In this document: piece by piece, positions 26,719-36,061 of the stretch
Position numbering within the stretch: the first letter of the stretch is position 1
How the letters are laid out: each line of letters begins with the position of its first letter
Source: Escherichia phage muut
Sequence record: NC_052657.1
Direction: 5' to 3' (one strand)
DNA: 64,000 nt
Notes under the pieces: model-generated
What the model was told of the DNA's origin: nothing
The model's input: only the letters and a program-made list of their open reading frames with translations
Database searches by the model: none
Program-made: the position numbers and the translations under genes

Positions 26719-27153
26719 ATGTCTATTGTGACACAAATGAAAGCAGATCGTATCTTAGCACGTACAACCGATAAGGGTGCTTTTGCTTTGTTAACTAATA
26801 TTATTGGTGAGTTTGACCTTGCTCGTACTCAAAAGGCAAATCTAAATAAATCAGAAGATGATATTATGATTAACATTGTTAAGATTGGTATTGCACACGC
26901 TAAAGAGGAACTAGACTCGCTTAAGAAAGTTAATGCCTCCATTAGCAAATGTGAGCGAGCTATGCGTGATATCACCATTCTGGAAAAATATTTGCCAGAA
27001 ATGCTATCTGAAGATGATCTTCGAGCTATTGCTGAAGAATTTGCCTTGACAGGCAAGAAAATGCCAGATATGATGAAACACCTTAAAGCAGAGTATCCGA
27101 ATCAATATGATGGAAAACTTGCTTCTACCATTGCAAAAGAAATTTTAAACTAA
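26719..27153 (+). CDS. Hypothetical protein (144 aa)
   Basis: ORF with ribosome-binding site GAGGAGAA. Confidence 0.5.
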   Translation: MSIVTQMKADRILARTTDKGAFALLTNIIGEFDLARTQKANLNKSEDDIMINIVKIGIAHAKEELDSLKKVNASISKCERAMRDITILEKYLPEMLSEDDLRAIAEEFALTGKKMPDMMKHLKAEYPNQYDGKLASTIAKEILN

Positions 27154-27170
27154 TTTAGAAGGAGAACATA

Positions 27171-28121
27171 ATGATTGCATTTTACGCTAATAAACTGGAA
27201 GTTAAAAAAGCAGCAGAAGAGATGGGTATCCTGCATATTCTTAACGAAGCAATTCACAAGAGTTTTGGTTACACAACTGAAGCAGAAATCAATGATCTGA
27301 TTCACAGTGTTAATGATTTGTTCTTCTACCCTAACTTTCTACAGCAGTTAGATGGTTGTGGATTTGAATATATGGAGCTTCATCCTGAATATACATTTAT
27401 GGAAGTAACACCTGAAGGTTTTCTGGAGATTATTCGTACTGAATATCTTGCTAAAGAGGATAAAGAAAAAGATATGGCTGAAAAAGTACAACTGACTGTG
27501 CATAATACGTGTTTCCTGGATACTGAGGCCACGGAAGAAAATATTAATTATCTGCTTTCCGTTTGTAATCCTCGTTGTCCACAACCACATTGGAAAAATG
27601 CAGATCATTATCTAATGTATTCAACTGAAGAAAACATTACTTTCTTCGATGAAAACAGTGGTATTAATGGTGCACATAAGAATTCTCCATATAGGAAAGA
27701 TCGGTTTGTAGTTGATGTAAAAACATTTACTAAACTGTTTGAGGAGTATTATTCAAAAAATGAAAGTAAGACTGAATCTTCACCAAAACCACGTTTTCGC
27801 CGACCGCGTAAACCTGTGCCTACTCGTTCTGTAAGTTATGTTCGTATCATTTACACTACGCAGCAGGTATATACTCTTAAGAACGTAAGCACTCTTACTG
27901 TACAAGAAGATGTAATTAATATTGTGCGTAATAATGTTATTACAGAGGGTATTGAGGAAAAGATTATGTCTGTTATCGATCCTAAACTTGTTATGGCAAT
28001 CATTATTAATGAACCAAAAGGTGTAACAACATTGTTCCGAAATATTCATGGTACTTGGGAAACTCAAGTTGACGGTTTGACTTCTGACGGTTGTACACGT
28101 ATTACCAAAAACCTTGACTAA
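27171..28121 (+). CDS. Hypothetical protein (316 aa)
   Basis: ORF with ribosome-binding site GAAGGAGAA. Confidence 0.55.
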   Translation: MIAFYANKLEVKKAAEEMGILHILNEAIHKSFGYTTEAEINDLIHSVNDLFFYPNFLQQLDGCGFEYMELHPEYTFMEVTPEGFLEIIRTEYLAKEDKEKDMAEKVQLTVHNTCFLDTEATEENINYLLSVCNPRCPQPHWKNADHYLMYSTEENITFFDENSGINGAHKNSPYRKDRFVVDVKTFTKLFEEYYSKNESKTESSPKPRFRRPRKPVPTRSVSYVRIIYTTQQVYTLKNVSTLTVQEDVINIVRNNVITEGIEEKIMSVIDPKLVMAIIINEPKGVTTLFRNIHGTWETQVDGLTSDGCTRITKNLD

Positions 28122-28168
28122 GATCAAGGACAATCTTACGAAAAAGATTTAAAATAAAGATCCACCCT

Positions 28169-28198
28169 AAAGCCAGCTTAATGCTGGCTTTTATTTTC
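28169..28198 (+). terminator. Rho-independent terminator (AAGCCAGC-ttaa-TGCTGGCTT + T-run)
   Basis: Perfect stem followed by TTTATTTT. Confidence 0.6.
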
Positions 28199-28210
28199 CA
28201 CGGAGGATTA

Positions 28211-30010
28211 ATGACCCAAAAACTATATGAGGATGTAATCGGATTCCTCGAACAAACATCCGAAGAATTTACTCGTGAAAATGCAAACAAACCTGCAATG
28301 ATTGTTAATACTCACCGAGACTTACTAGCAGGTATCCTAAGCAAGCACATGGCAATGACCCATATTTTACCGGAAGATCTAGCAGAATGGCATAAAAGTG
28401 GGTATGGTCACATTCACGATTTAGATTATTTACTCTCACCTCTAACTAATTGTTGCCTGGTAAATTACCAAGATATGCTTGAGAACGGTTTCCGTATTGG
28501 TAATGCACATATTGAAAAACCAAAATCTATTGGCGTAGCAACTACTGTCCTAACTCAAATTATTCAAGCAGTAGCTTCTAGCCAATATGGTGGACAAACT
28601 TGTGCACATATTGATACTGGGCTTAGTCAATACGTTAAAGCAAGTTTTAACAAAATATATGCCGATGTTGGCGATTATGATATTGCTATGCGTATGGTAG
28701 ATAAACAGGTTTACGATGCAATGCAAACTTTAATCTACCAGGTGAACACCCTAATGAGTGTAAATGGTCAGTCACCTTTTATAACAATTAGTTTAGGTTT
28801 GGATACCTCTGCTTTTGGTAGAATGATCACTAAAAACTACCTAATGGTGCACAAACAAGGATTAGGAAAAGATAGGGTAACTCCTGTGTTTCCTAAAGTT
28901 ATCTTCTTCTTGGAAGATGGTGTTAACATGAAAGCTGGCGATCCAAACTATGATTTGAAGCAACTGGCAATGGAGTGTTGTGCTGAACGCATTTATCCTG
29001 ATTTTATCTCTGTACCTTTAAACAAAGAAGTTACAGGATCTTCAGATGGTCGCGTCACAAGCATGGGTTGCCGTAGTTTCTTGTCATACTATGCAACAGA
29101 GCAAGGTGAAAAATATGATGGTCGTTTCAATTTAGGCGTAGTTTCTTTAAACTTACCTATCATTGCAGCAGAGTCCCGTGAAAAGGGCATCTTATTTACT
29201 GAACTGTTGGAACAACATATGGAGATGGCGTATAAGGCACATATGCTACGTGTTAACCGTATTAGACATACCAAAGCATCTCAAAACCCTACATTGTTTA
29301 TGGAAGGGGCTTTAGCTCGACTAGAAGCTAATGAAGAGATTGGTAAACTATTCGAAGGTGGTTATGCCTCTATTAGTATCGGTTATGTAGGTTTAGCAGA
29401 AGCTATGGAGATTTTATACCCAGGTAACACCAATCCAAAAGCAATGGGTAAAAACATCCTTCAATATATGAAGGATATCTGTGGCACATTTAAAGAACGT
29501 TCTGGTTTAGCTTTTAGTTTGTATGGAACACCAGCAGAATCCTTGTGCTATAAATTTGCCAAAGCATTAAATGATCGCTATCCTGGTTCTATTGATCGTG
29601 ACTACTTGACAAACTCTTTCCATCAACCTGTGTGGATGCACACTACCCCGTTCCAAAAGTGGGATTATGAGGAAGGTTTTGCACAAATCAGTAATGGTGG
29701 GAACATAGGTTATGTAGAAACACCAAACCTTAAAAATAACTTGCAAGCACTGGAAACTCTTGTAGATTATGCCTACAACAAAATTCCTTATTTTGGCGTG
29801 AACCAACCTGTAGATCAGTGTTTCAAATGTGGTTTTCATGGTGAATTTAAGGCAACAGCTAAAGGCTTCGAGTGTCCAAGTTGTGGCAATCATGAGGAAG
29901 AATCTATATCTGTAATCAGAAGAGTGTCAGGATATCTTTCTGCCCCTAACTCTCGCCCTTATAATAAAGGTAAAATGCAAGAGGTATTAGAAAGGGAGAA
30001 ACATTTTTGA
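28211..30010 (+). CDS. nrdD: Anaerobic ribonucleoside-triphosphate reductase (class III)
   Basis: C-terminal glycyl-radical motif RVSGYLS and zinc ribbon CFKCGF...CPSCG; size consistent; followed by nrdG. Confidence 0.8.
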   Translation: MTQKLYEDVIGFLEQTSEEFTRENANKPAMIVNTHRDLLAGILSKHMAMTHILPEDLAEWHKSGYGHIHDLDYLLSPLTNCCLVNYQDMLENGFRIGNAHIEKPKSIGVATTVLTQIIQAVASSQYGGQTCAHIDTGLSQYVKASFNKIYADVGDYDIAMRMVDKQVYDAMQTLIYQVNTLMSVNGQSPFITISLGLDTSAFGRMITKNYLMVHKQGLGKDRVTPVFPKVIFFLEDGVNMKAGDPNYDLKQLAMECCAERIYPDFISVPLNKEVTGSSDGRVTSMGCRSFLSYYATEQGEKYDGRFNLGVVSLNLPIIAAESREKGILFTELLEQHMEMAYKAHMLRVNRIRHTKASQNPTLFMEGALARLEANEEIGKLFEGGYASISIGYVGLAEAMEILYPGNTNPKAMGKNILQYMKDICGTFKERSGLAFSLYGTPAESLCYKFAKALNDRYPGSIDRDYLTNSFHQPVWMHTTPFQKWDYEEGFAQISNGGNIGYVETPNLKNNLQALETLVDYAYNKIPYFGVNQPVDQCFKCGFHGEFKATAKGFECPSCGNHEEESISVIRRVSGYLSAPNSRPYNKGKMQEVLEREKHF

Positions 30011-30477
30011 ATTACGCCGGATATGAACCTGTTGACATGCTCAACGGTGACGGTGTAAGATGCTCTTTGTGGGTGAGCGGTTGTAGCCACGGTTGCCGTG
30101 GCTGCTTTAACCAGAAAGCCTGGTCGTATAACTACGGACAAGAGTTCACTACTGAAACATTAGATCTTATCTTGAAAGATTTATCTCGACCTTTCATTAA
30201 AGGATTAACAGTTTTAGGTGGTGAACCTCTTGACAAAGAGAACATTGACACTGTAGCGTATGTTCTTGAGAAGGTAAGAGATTGTTTTGGAAACAAAAAA
30301 GATATTGTCTTATACACAGGATATCTTTTTGAAGAAATTCCAGAGAAAATTAAAAAACTGGTTGACATAGTGATAGATGGTAAGTATGATATGAATCAAC
30401 CAACAACGAAACGTTATAGAGGCTCAGATAATCAACGAATGTGGGTTAAGAAAGACAACATTTGGGAATCTGACTAA
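30007..30477 (+). CDS. nrdG: Anaerobic ribonucleotide reductase activating protein (radical SAM)
   Basis: N-terminus (M)NYAGYEPVDMLNGDGVRCSLWVSGCSHGCRGCFN closely parallels E. coli NrdG; TTG start overlaps the nrdD stop. Confidence 0.8.
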   Translation: MNYAGYEPVDMLNGDGVRCSLWVSGCSHGCRGCFNQKAWSYNYGQEFTTETLDLILKDLSRPFIKGLTVLGGEPLDKENIDTVAYVLEKVRDCFGNKKDIVLYTGYLFEEIPEKIKKLVDIVIDGKYDMNQPTTKRYRGSDNQRMWVKKDNIWESD

Positions 30478-30497
30478 ATTAAATAGAGGAGAAAACT

Positions 30498-31658
30498 ATG
30501 TTTACAGTATTCGGCAATCAAATCTTCCTGCGTCAGAAATCTGGTACAGATATTGAAGAAATTCCAGCAGGAACTTTTGGTGTAGGTGTTACTCAAAGTG
30601 GTGAGTTCTTCCTGTATCCTAAAAACGATATGGAAGTGCCTTCAGTAACATACGGTGATACTGATGATAAATCAGAACGTATTATCAAAACGTTCCTTAG
30701 CCGCAAAGGTAAAAACACAGGTGTTCTCCTTGAGGGTACGAAAGGTAGCGGTAAAACTTTGCAAGCTAAAATGCTGTCTTCTGCTCTTCGTGAAATGGGT
30801 ATTCCTACTATTTCTATCGGCAGTGCTTTTAATGGCGAAGGTTTTATCAATTTTATGTCTAAAATCACACAACCTGTGATGATTATGATCGATGAATTTG
30901 ATAAACTGTATGCTGAAAAAGATGCACAAGATGGTTTGCTTACCCTGTTGGATGGTGTTGGTGGCTACGACAAACTGTTTGTATTGACTAAAAATGATGG
31001 TTATGTATCAGAATTTTTGCGTAATCGTCCTAGCCGTATTTTCTACAGTTTTAGCTATAAGAAACTACCTAAAGCTACTATGGATGATTATCTGGCTAAA
31101 AATCTGGAGAACAAAGCCTTCTTACCAGATTTTGAAACGCTTTATAATCTCTCCGTGGATTTGAACTTTGATATTGTTCAGTCATTAGTAGAAGAACTTA
31201 ACCGTTACCCTAATGACAAATTCTCTGATGCACTTGCATTGATGGGTATCAGTATTACTGAACACCGCTATGCTGCAAAAGAGGTTAAACTTCTGAAAGT
31301 TAACGGTGTAGATCGTACAGGAGATGTTTCGTCAGATACCGATATTGACGGTATGACAGCACAAGGTTTGTTTAGCGGTAATCGTTATGTTGTAGCTGTA
31401 GACCATAAACTAGGTGAAGAGCATCTTCCTGAAATGGAAGGGATTGTTACCGTAGAAGATAAAGATGAAGAAGGTGACTACTACTGGGGTGTAGACCGTA
31501 TCTTGCTAACGTATGATGAAAAACACATTCGTACAATGGGTGGTGACGGTTATCACTTTATGTTCACCGATGATAAAGGTAACAACATTGAAGTTGTTAT
31601 TAAAAACAAAGAACGTAAAAACTACACAGAGTATGTGTTTGGTGGTCGTTCTTACTAA
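30498..31658 (+). CDS. AAA+ ATPase, paralog B
   Basis: GTKGSGKT, IMIDEFDK, LTKN, NRPSR; paralog of 13663..14790 with a divergent C-terminal domain. Confidence 0.65.
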   Translation: MFTVFGNQIFLRQKSGTDIEEIPAGTFGVGVTQSGEFFLYPKNDMEVPSVTYGDTDDKSERIIKTFLSRKGKNTGVLLEGTKGSGKTLQAKMLSSALREMGIPTISIGSAFNGEGFINFMSKITQPVMIMIDEFDKLYAEKDAQDGLLTLLDGVGGYDKLFVLTKNDGYVSEFLRNRPSRIFYSFSYKKLPKATMDDYLAKNLENKAFLPDFETLYNLSVDLNFDIVQSLVEELNRYPNDKFSDALALMGISITEHRYAAKEVKLLKVNGVDRTGDVSSDTDIDGMTAQGLFSGNRYVVAVDHKLGEEHLPEMEGIVTVEDKDEEGDYYWGVDRILLTYDEKHIRTMGGDGYHFMFTDDKGNNIEVVIKNKERKNYTEYVFGGRSY

Positions 31659-31663
31659 GTGAT

Positions 31664-31690
31664 AAAAGGAGGCGAAAGCCTCCTTTATTT
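31664..31690 (+). terminator. Rho-independent terminator (AAAGGAGGC-gaaa-GCCTCCTTT)
   Basis: Perfect stem followed by ATTT. Confidence 0.5.
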
Positions 31691-31692
31691 AT

Positions 31693-31896
31693 ATGGAGGG
31701 TATTATGGATCATTATTTTGTTTTTAAAGATAAAGTTGATACCGCAGGTGGTCACGTTGCTAAAAATGATCGTGACATTAAAGAAGTATTAGGAGATCTG
31801 ATTAACATTTTAGAACAAAAAGAGTTGCTTTTAGATAAGGATATTGCTAGACTTCTGGGTGTGGGGATAAGTGACATACAAAGATTACCATTCTAA
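31693..31896 (+). CDS. Hypothetical small protein (67 aa)
   Basis: ORF. Confidence 0.4.
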   Translation: MEGIMDHYFVFKDKVDTAGGHVAKNDRDIKEVLGDLINILEQKELLLDKDIARLLGVGISDIQRLPF

Positions 31897-31907
31897 AGGG
31901 GAAGAAA

Positions 31908-32063
31908 ATGCTTACAGATGATGAATATAAAGCTATCCAGGAAAAACTAACGGAGCTTGAAATTCTTGCTGTCAATATTAAAGATCAATCACATGCTGGA
32001 AAGTTACTACAGCAAGAGATCAATAAAATTAAGCAGATGATATTCTTTTGGACGGAGGATTAA
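31908..32063 (+). CDS. Possible small coiled-coil protein (51 aa)
   Basis: Hand-translated; ribosome-binding site GGGGAAGAAA. Below the track cutoff. Confidence 0.3.
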   Translation: MLTDDEYKAIQEKLTELEILAVNIKDQSHAGKLLQQEINKIKQMIFFWTED

Positions 32064-32065
32064 AA

Positions 32066-32722
32066 ATGACTGTTAAGCATATTTCTTTTGATGTATGGAA
32101 TACTCTTATTACTGCTAATCCTTTGTATGCAGAAGAACGCAACAAGGTTATTGCCGAGTATGCCTCTTGTTCTGAGGTAGAAGCAGCTACCGTATATAAA
32201 GAGGTAAAAACTCTCCTGGATTTAAAAGCAGAAAAAGGTATTTGTGGAACATCTAGGCATGCTTGGGAAACACTTTCTGCTCATTTGAACATTGATCTTG
32301 ATAAGGTGGATGGGTTAAAAAGAGACTGTTTAGCAATGTTTATAAAACATCCTCCAACATTAAACCCTGAACTTTGCAAGAAGTTGGAAGAGCTAAGTTC
32401 AACCTATTCTTTGAGTATTAAAAGCAATACTAATTTTGTACCTGGTAGTTTTTTAGCTGTATATTCTGGCTTGACAAAATTACCATTCGACTTTATGCAT
32501 TTTTCTGACGAGTTTTGCTTGTGTAAACCAGATCCTAGGTTTTTTAAACTCTCTTTTGATGAAATGGTAACGTTTGATCTCGCACCAGAGGAGATCTTAC
32601 ACGTTGGAGATAGTTTGATCTATGATGGAAAAGCTGTTGACATAGGGATGAAGTTCTGTCATATTATTAATCCAGAAGACTTGTTGGCTAAACTTAAAAA
32701 AGAGGAACTTATTAATGCGTAA
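32066..32722 (+). CDS. HAD-superfamily hydrolase/phosphatase-like protein
   Basis: N-terminal SFDVWNTLI (motif I-like) and C-terminal HVGDSLIYDGK (motif IV-like); start trimmed to MTVKH. Confidence 0.5.
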   Translation: MTVKHISFDVWNTLITANPLYAEERNKVIAEYASCSEVEAATVYKEVKTLLDLKAEKGICGTSRHAWETLSAHLNIDLDKVDGLKRDCLAMFIKHPPTLNPELCKKLEELSSTYSLSIKSNTNFVPGSFLAVYSGLTKLPFDFMHFSDEFCLCKPDPRFFKLSFDEMVTFDLAPEEILHVGDSLIYDGKAVDIGMKFCHIINPEDLLAKLKKEELINA

Positions 32723-33572
32723 TCAAATTCAACATTTTGCTAATACTTTTACTAACCTGAAGGAAGCAAAATTTAACATTGCAGATTATTCCAAGCTAAA
32801 GTTTGGTAGTAACCAGGCAGCAAAAAGAATGGGGCGCATTCTGGCTGAAAGTTTCTTTTCCAAGTATGAAGAACGACTGGTAAATGAAAGTTTTGTTGTT
32901 ATTCCATCTCCATATAACTATGTGAAAAATGCAGCTACAGTGTTATCTGAACATTTTGTAGATCACCTCAACTACCTAATCTCTATCAAAGGAGGTAAAG
33001 CAGTGGAGTGGGATATCGTTCATCGTAAAGTGAGCTATATCAATGATTATGGATTTCTTAGCAAAGAAGATCGTAAGGCTTTGATCGATGGTGACACTTT
33101 CTCTATCAATCGTGATTTCTGGGGTAATAAAACTCTGATTTTCATTGATGATGTTAATATTACAGGAACGCACGAAGAAAAACTTATTGAAATTTTAGAC
33201 AAAGAAGGTGTTGAAAACGATACGTTTTTCCTGTACTTTGCAAAGTATGAAGGTACAGAAGCCAATACCGAAGCTGCACTTAACTTCAACTATATCAATA
33301 ACCTGGCAGCTTTTATTAAAATGATTAAACAAGAAACTGATGCTAAATGTTTGGTTCGTCCTATTAAGTATCTAATGAGTCAAAGCGAAGTTGATTTTAA
33401 AATTGCACTTTCACAGCTTCCTTTGTATTATGTAGAACAACTGTTCTTTGGTTGCCTTGCAGAAGGCTACAATAACATTGAAAAATATAAAGAGAACTTT
33501 GATTTCCTACGTCAATTTTTTGAAAGCAACATTATCAACAAATCTAATGTTAAAGGGGATTATTATGTCTAA
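32715..33572 (+). CDS. Phosphoribosyltransferase (type I PRTase)-like protein
   Basis: PRPP-binding-like motif LIFIDDVNITGTH (compare VLIVDD.ITTGTT). Confidence 0.55.
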   Translation: MRNQIQHFANTFTNLKEAKFNIADYSKLKFGSNQAAKRMGRILAESFFSKYEERLVNESFVVIPSPYNYVKNAATVLSEHFVDHLNYLISIKGGKAVEWDIVHRKVSYINDYGFLSKEDRKALIDGDTFSINRDFWGNKTLIFIDDVNITGTHEEKLIEILDKEGVENDTFFLYFAKYEGTEANTEAALNFNYINNLAAFIKMIKQETDAKCLVRPIKYLMSQSEVDFKIALSQLPLYYVEQLFFGCLAEGYNNIEKYKENFDFLRQFFESNIINKSNVKGDYYV

Positions 33573-34281
33573 TAAAGTAATGACTTTCGGAGATCCTATC
33601 ACCAATATTACAGAAAAAGATTTTGGGCGTGTAGCAACAGATAAAGATGGTGTCTTAAGAATTCGTGTACAAGGTATTACAGCACAGGATGAATATGCTG
33701 TGTATGTTTCAGGTCTTAACTATATTGATGATCGCATTACACAAAACTTTGCACTGATCGGTGGTGTAGAGAAAATGTATTGGGAAGATGAAATTGTAAC
33801 AAGTTATCCGGCAGGTATCATTGAGGTATACGGTGATCTTTTAGCAGCAGCCGAGAGAGGCGATATAGACGCTATAGCACACTGCTGTAACTGTTTTTGC
33901 ACTATGGGTAGTGGTATTGCACCAAAAATTAAAAGCAAGTGGCCTGGTGCGTTTAAAGCAGATTGTGCCACTAAACGTGGTGATTATAAAAAATTAGGTA
34001 CGTTTACCAAATATATAGAAAACAATTTGACAATTTATAATTTATATGGACAATATGGTTATAGTCGTCGTGAGGAAGGTAAGCGTGACCTGAATTATGA
34101 AGCTATCTACAATGCGTTAGATAGTATGGGAGACGATGTTGTATCTTCAGGCGGTAAAATTGTAGGTTTACCAATGCTTGGTTGTGGTTTGGCTGGAGGT
34201 TCTTGGAGTATTGTAAAACTTATGATCGAAGAAACTCTAGTAAACAAAGGTTTAAATGTAATTGTTTACAAACTGAAATAA
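33565..34281 (+). CDS. Macro-domain (ADP-ribose binding/hydrolase, OARD1/TARG1-like) protein
   Basis: AIAHCCNCFCTMGSGIAPKIKSKWPG resembles the OARD1-type macro motif (LAHCISEDCRMGAGIA); start trimmed to MSNKV. Confidence 0.55.
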   Translation: MSNKVMTFGDPITNITEKDFGRVATDKDGVLRIRVQGITAQDEYAVYVSGLNYIDDRITQNFALIGGVEKMYWEDEIVTSYPAGIIEVYGDLLAAAERGDIDAIAHCCNCFCTMGSGIAPKIKSKWPGAFKADCATKRGDYKKLGTFTKYIENNLTIYNLYGQYGYSRREEGKRDLNYEAIYNALDSMGDDVVSSGGKIVGLPMLGCGLAGGSWSIVKLMIEETLVNKGLNVIVYKLK

Positions 34282-34290
34282 GGAGAAAGT

Positions 34291-34497
34291 ATGGCAGGTG
34301 TTTTAGCAGTATTAGGTTGTTTTATTGTTGTGTTTTTGATTGTGTTAATCCCTAGTTGGCTACTGCTTTTAGCATACAACTATATGATTGACATTATCGG
34401 CTTAGACTGGCATCATGTTCCTGTAACGTTTTGGAGTGTAGTCTGTGTGACGTTCATTCTTGCGGTACTTCGTGGTATCTTTCAATCTAACAAATAA
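34291..34497 (+). CDS. Hypothetical small membrane protein (68 aa)
   Basis: Two hydrophobic segments. Confidence 0.45.
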   Translation: MAGVLAVLGCFIVVFLIVLIPSWLLLLAYNYMIDIIGLDWHHVPVTFWSVVCVTFILAVLRGIFQSNK

Positions 34498-34511
34498 GAG
34501 AGGATTTTTAT

Positions 34512-34760
34512 ATGCGTAAAGTAAATGTTGAAGTGCTTGAAAAATTTAGAAACACTCGTGATTGTACTATCGGCAAGGTTTACGAGGCTATTCTCCTTGA
34601 AGATGGAGATCAAGTTCCTGCCCCGTATCACGCCTTTAATGGTCAAATCAGCAAAGTGGAAGGTGGTCTTGCTATTTGCTTTATTGATGACGTAGGTGAT
34701 GCTGTAGCTTTCCCTGTCATTAACAAAGAAGATAAACTTAAAATTACAGAACTGAACTAG
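34512..34760 (+). CDS. Hypothetical protein (82 aa)
   Basis: ORF with ribosome-binding site AAGAGAGGA. Confidence 0.5.
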   Translation: MRKVNVEVLEKFRNTRDCTIGKVYEAILLEDGDQVPAPYHAFNGQISKVEGGLAICFIDDVGDAVAFPVINKEDKLKITELN

Positions 34761-34819
34761 TTGACTTTCTTTAAAAACAGTTTATAGTATAAGACATAGA
34801 GCGGAGGATTGTCCTCCGC
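34761..34819 (+). promoter_or_regulatory. Promoter (TTGACT-N16-TATAGT) plus 5-prime stem-loop (GCGGAGGA-ttgt-CCTCCGC) ahead of the TerC-like gene
   Basis: Read directly; same promoter-then-hairpin architecture as the early cassettes but on the plus strand. Confidence 0.5.
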
Positions 34820-34837
34820 ATTAAAGAGGAGAAAAGA

Positions 34838-35815
34838 ATGCAACTGGGTTTCCCAATTATTGATGTGGTTGTTTTAGTGGGTATTTTAGTCTTGTCGATT
34901 TGTATTGACTTCTTTGGACACAGAGAAAACAAAGAAATTTCATTTAAATCTGCAATTGGCTGGTCAATTTTCTGGATTGGGGTATCATTAGCCTACTATG
35001 GTTTTGTATACTTCCAACACGGTGCTGATTTTGCGAGCTTGTTCTTGAGTGGGTATGTGTTGGAGAAATCTCTTTCTGTAGATAACTTAGTAGTATTTGT
35101 AGCAGTATTCGCAAGTTTTGGTATTAAAAGCACACACTTGCAGCACAAGATTCTACTTTGGGGTATTGCAGGTGCGATTGTCTTCCGAGGTGTGTTTGTA
35201 GCAGTAGGCACTTACTTGTTGAGTTTGGGCTGGTATGTTAATATCTTCTTCGGTGCTGTCATCCTTTTCTGTGCGGCTAAAATGGTATTCGCTGGAGATA
35301 ATGATGCAGAAGTTGATTACTCTAAACACTGGGCTACTCGCATTGTTCGTAAGCTGTTCCCTGTATCTGATCAGATGGATGGTGAGAAGTTCTTCACAAT
35401 CAAAAATGGTGTTCGTGTAGCAACTCCGGCTCTGGTTTGTGTGTTTGTAATGGAAATGGTTGACGTAATCTTTGCAGTAGACTCTGTTCCAGCAGTAATT
35501 GCAGTGACACAAGAACCTCTGCTTGTATTTTCTTCAATGCTGTGTGCAATTTTAGGTCTACGTGCTCTGTTCTTTGTACTTAGTGTTGCACTGAAATATT
35601 TGGTTCATCTGGAGAAAGCAGTTATCGTAGTCCTGGTGTTTGTGGGTGTAAAACTGATGTATCATCCGTTTGCAGAAACTCTGCACGCAAAAGTGAGTTT
35701 CCTACCAGCACACATTGATCCGACGATCAGTATGTATATTGTGTTAGGTACTCTTGGGTTGGGTGTTATTGCAAGTTTAATCTTCCCTGAAAAAGAAGAC
35801 CAGACTGTTGCTTAA
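34838..35815 (+). CDS. TerC-family integral membrane protein
   Basis: Multi-pass hydrophobic profile with TerC-like motifs DNLVVFVAVF and VDVIFAVDSVPAVIAVT. Confidence 0.6.
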   Translation: MQLGFPIIDVVVLVGILVLSICIDFFGHRENKEISFKSAIGWSIFWIGVSLAYYGFVYFQHGADFASLFLSGYVLEKSLSVDNLVVFVAVFASFGIKSTHLQHKILLWGIAGAIVFRGVFVAVGTYLLSLGWYVNIFFGAVILFCAAKMVFAGDNDAEVDYSKHWATRIVRKLFPVSDQMDGEKFFTIKNGVRVATPALVCVFVMEMVDVIFAVDSVPAVIAVTQEPLLVFSSMLCAILGLRALFFVLSVALKYLVHLEKAVIVVLVFVGVKLMYHPFAETLHAKVSFLPAHIDPTISMYIVLGTLGLGVIASLIFPEKEDQTVA

Positions 35816-35819
35816 TTCA

Positions 35820-35843
35820 TTAAGCCCCTTCGGGGGCTTTGTT
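35820..35843 (+). terminator. Rho-independent terminator (AAGCCCC-ttcg-GGGGCTT)
   Basis: Perfect stem followed by TGTT. Confidence 0.5.
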
Positions 35844-35854
35844 GAGGTGATCTG

Positions 35855-36061
35855 ATGGTGGTTTTACGTGTTCTTTGGATTCTGTTTGAAAATATTTGTT
35901 TTGCTCTAGGGTTGTTTTGTTTGATTTTTATCTTGACAACATATATTGATAACCATACAATTACTATCAACAGGAACGGAGAACAGATGTATTGTTTCTC
36001 TAGGGATTTTAAAAATTGTGTTGAGACTTTAAATGAGAGGGTTACAAATGAAAAACATTAA
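35855..36061 (+). CDS. Hypothetical small membrane protein (68 aa)
   Basis: Hydrophobic N-terminus. Confidence 0.35.
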   Translation: MVVLRVLWILFENICFALGLFCLIFILTTYIDNHTITINRNGEQMYCFSRDFKNCVETLNERVTNEKH

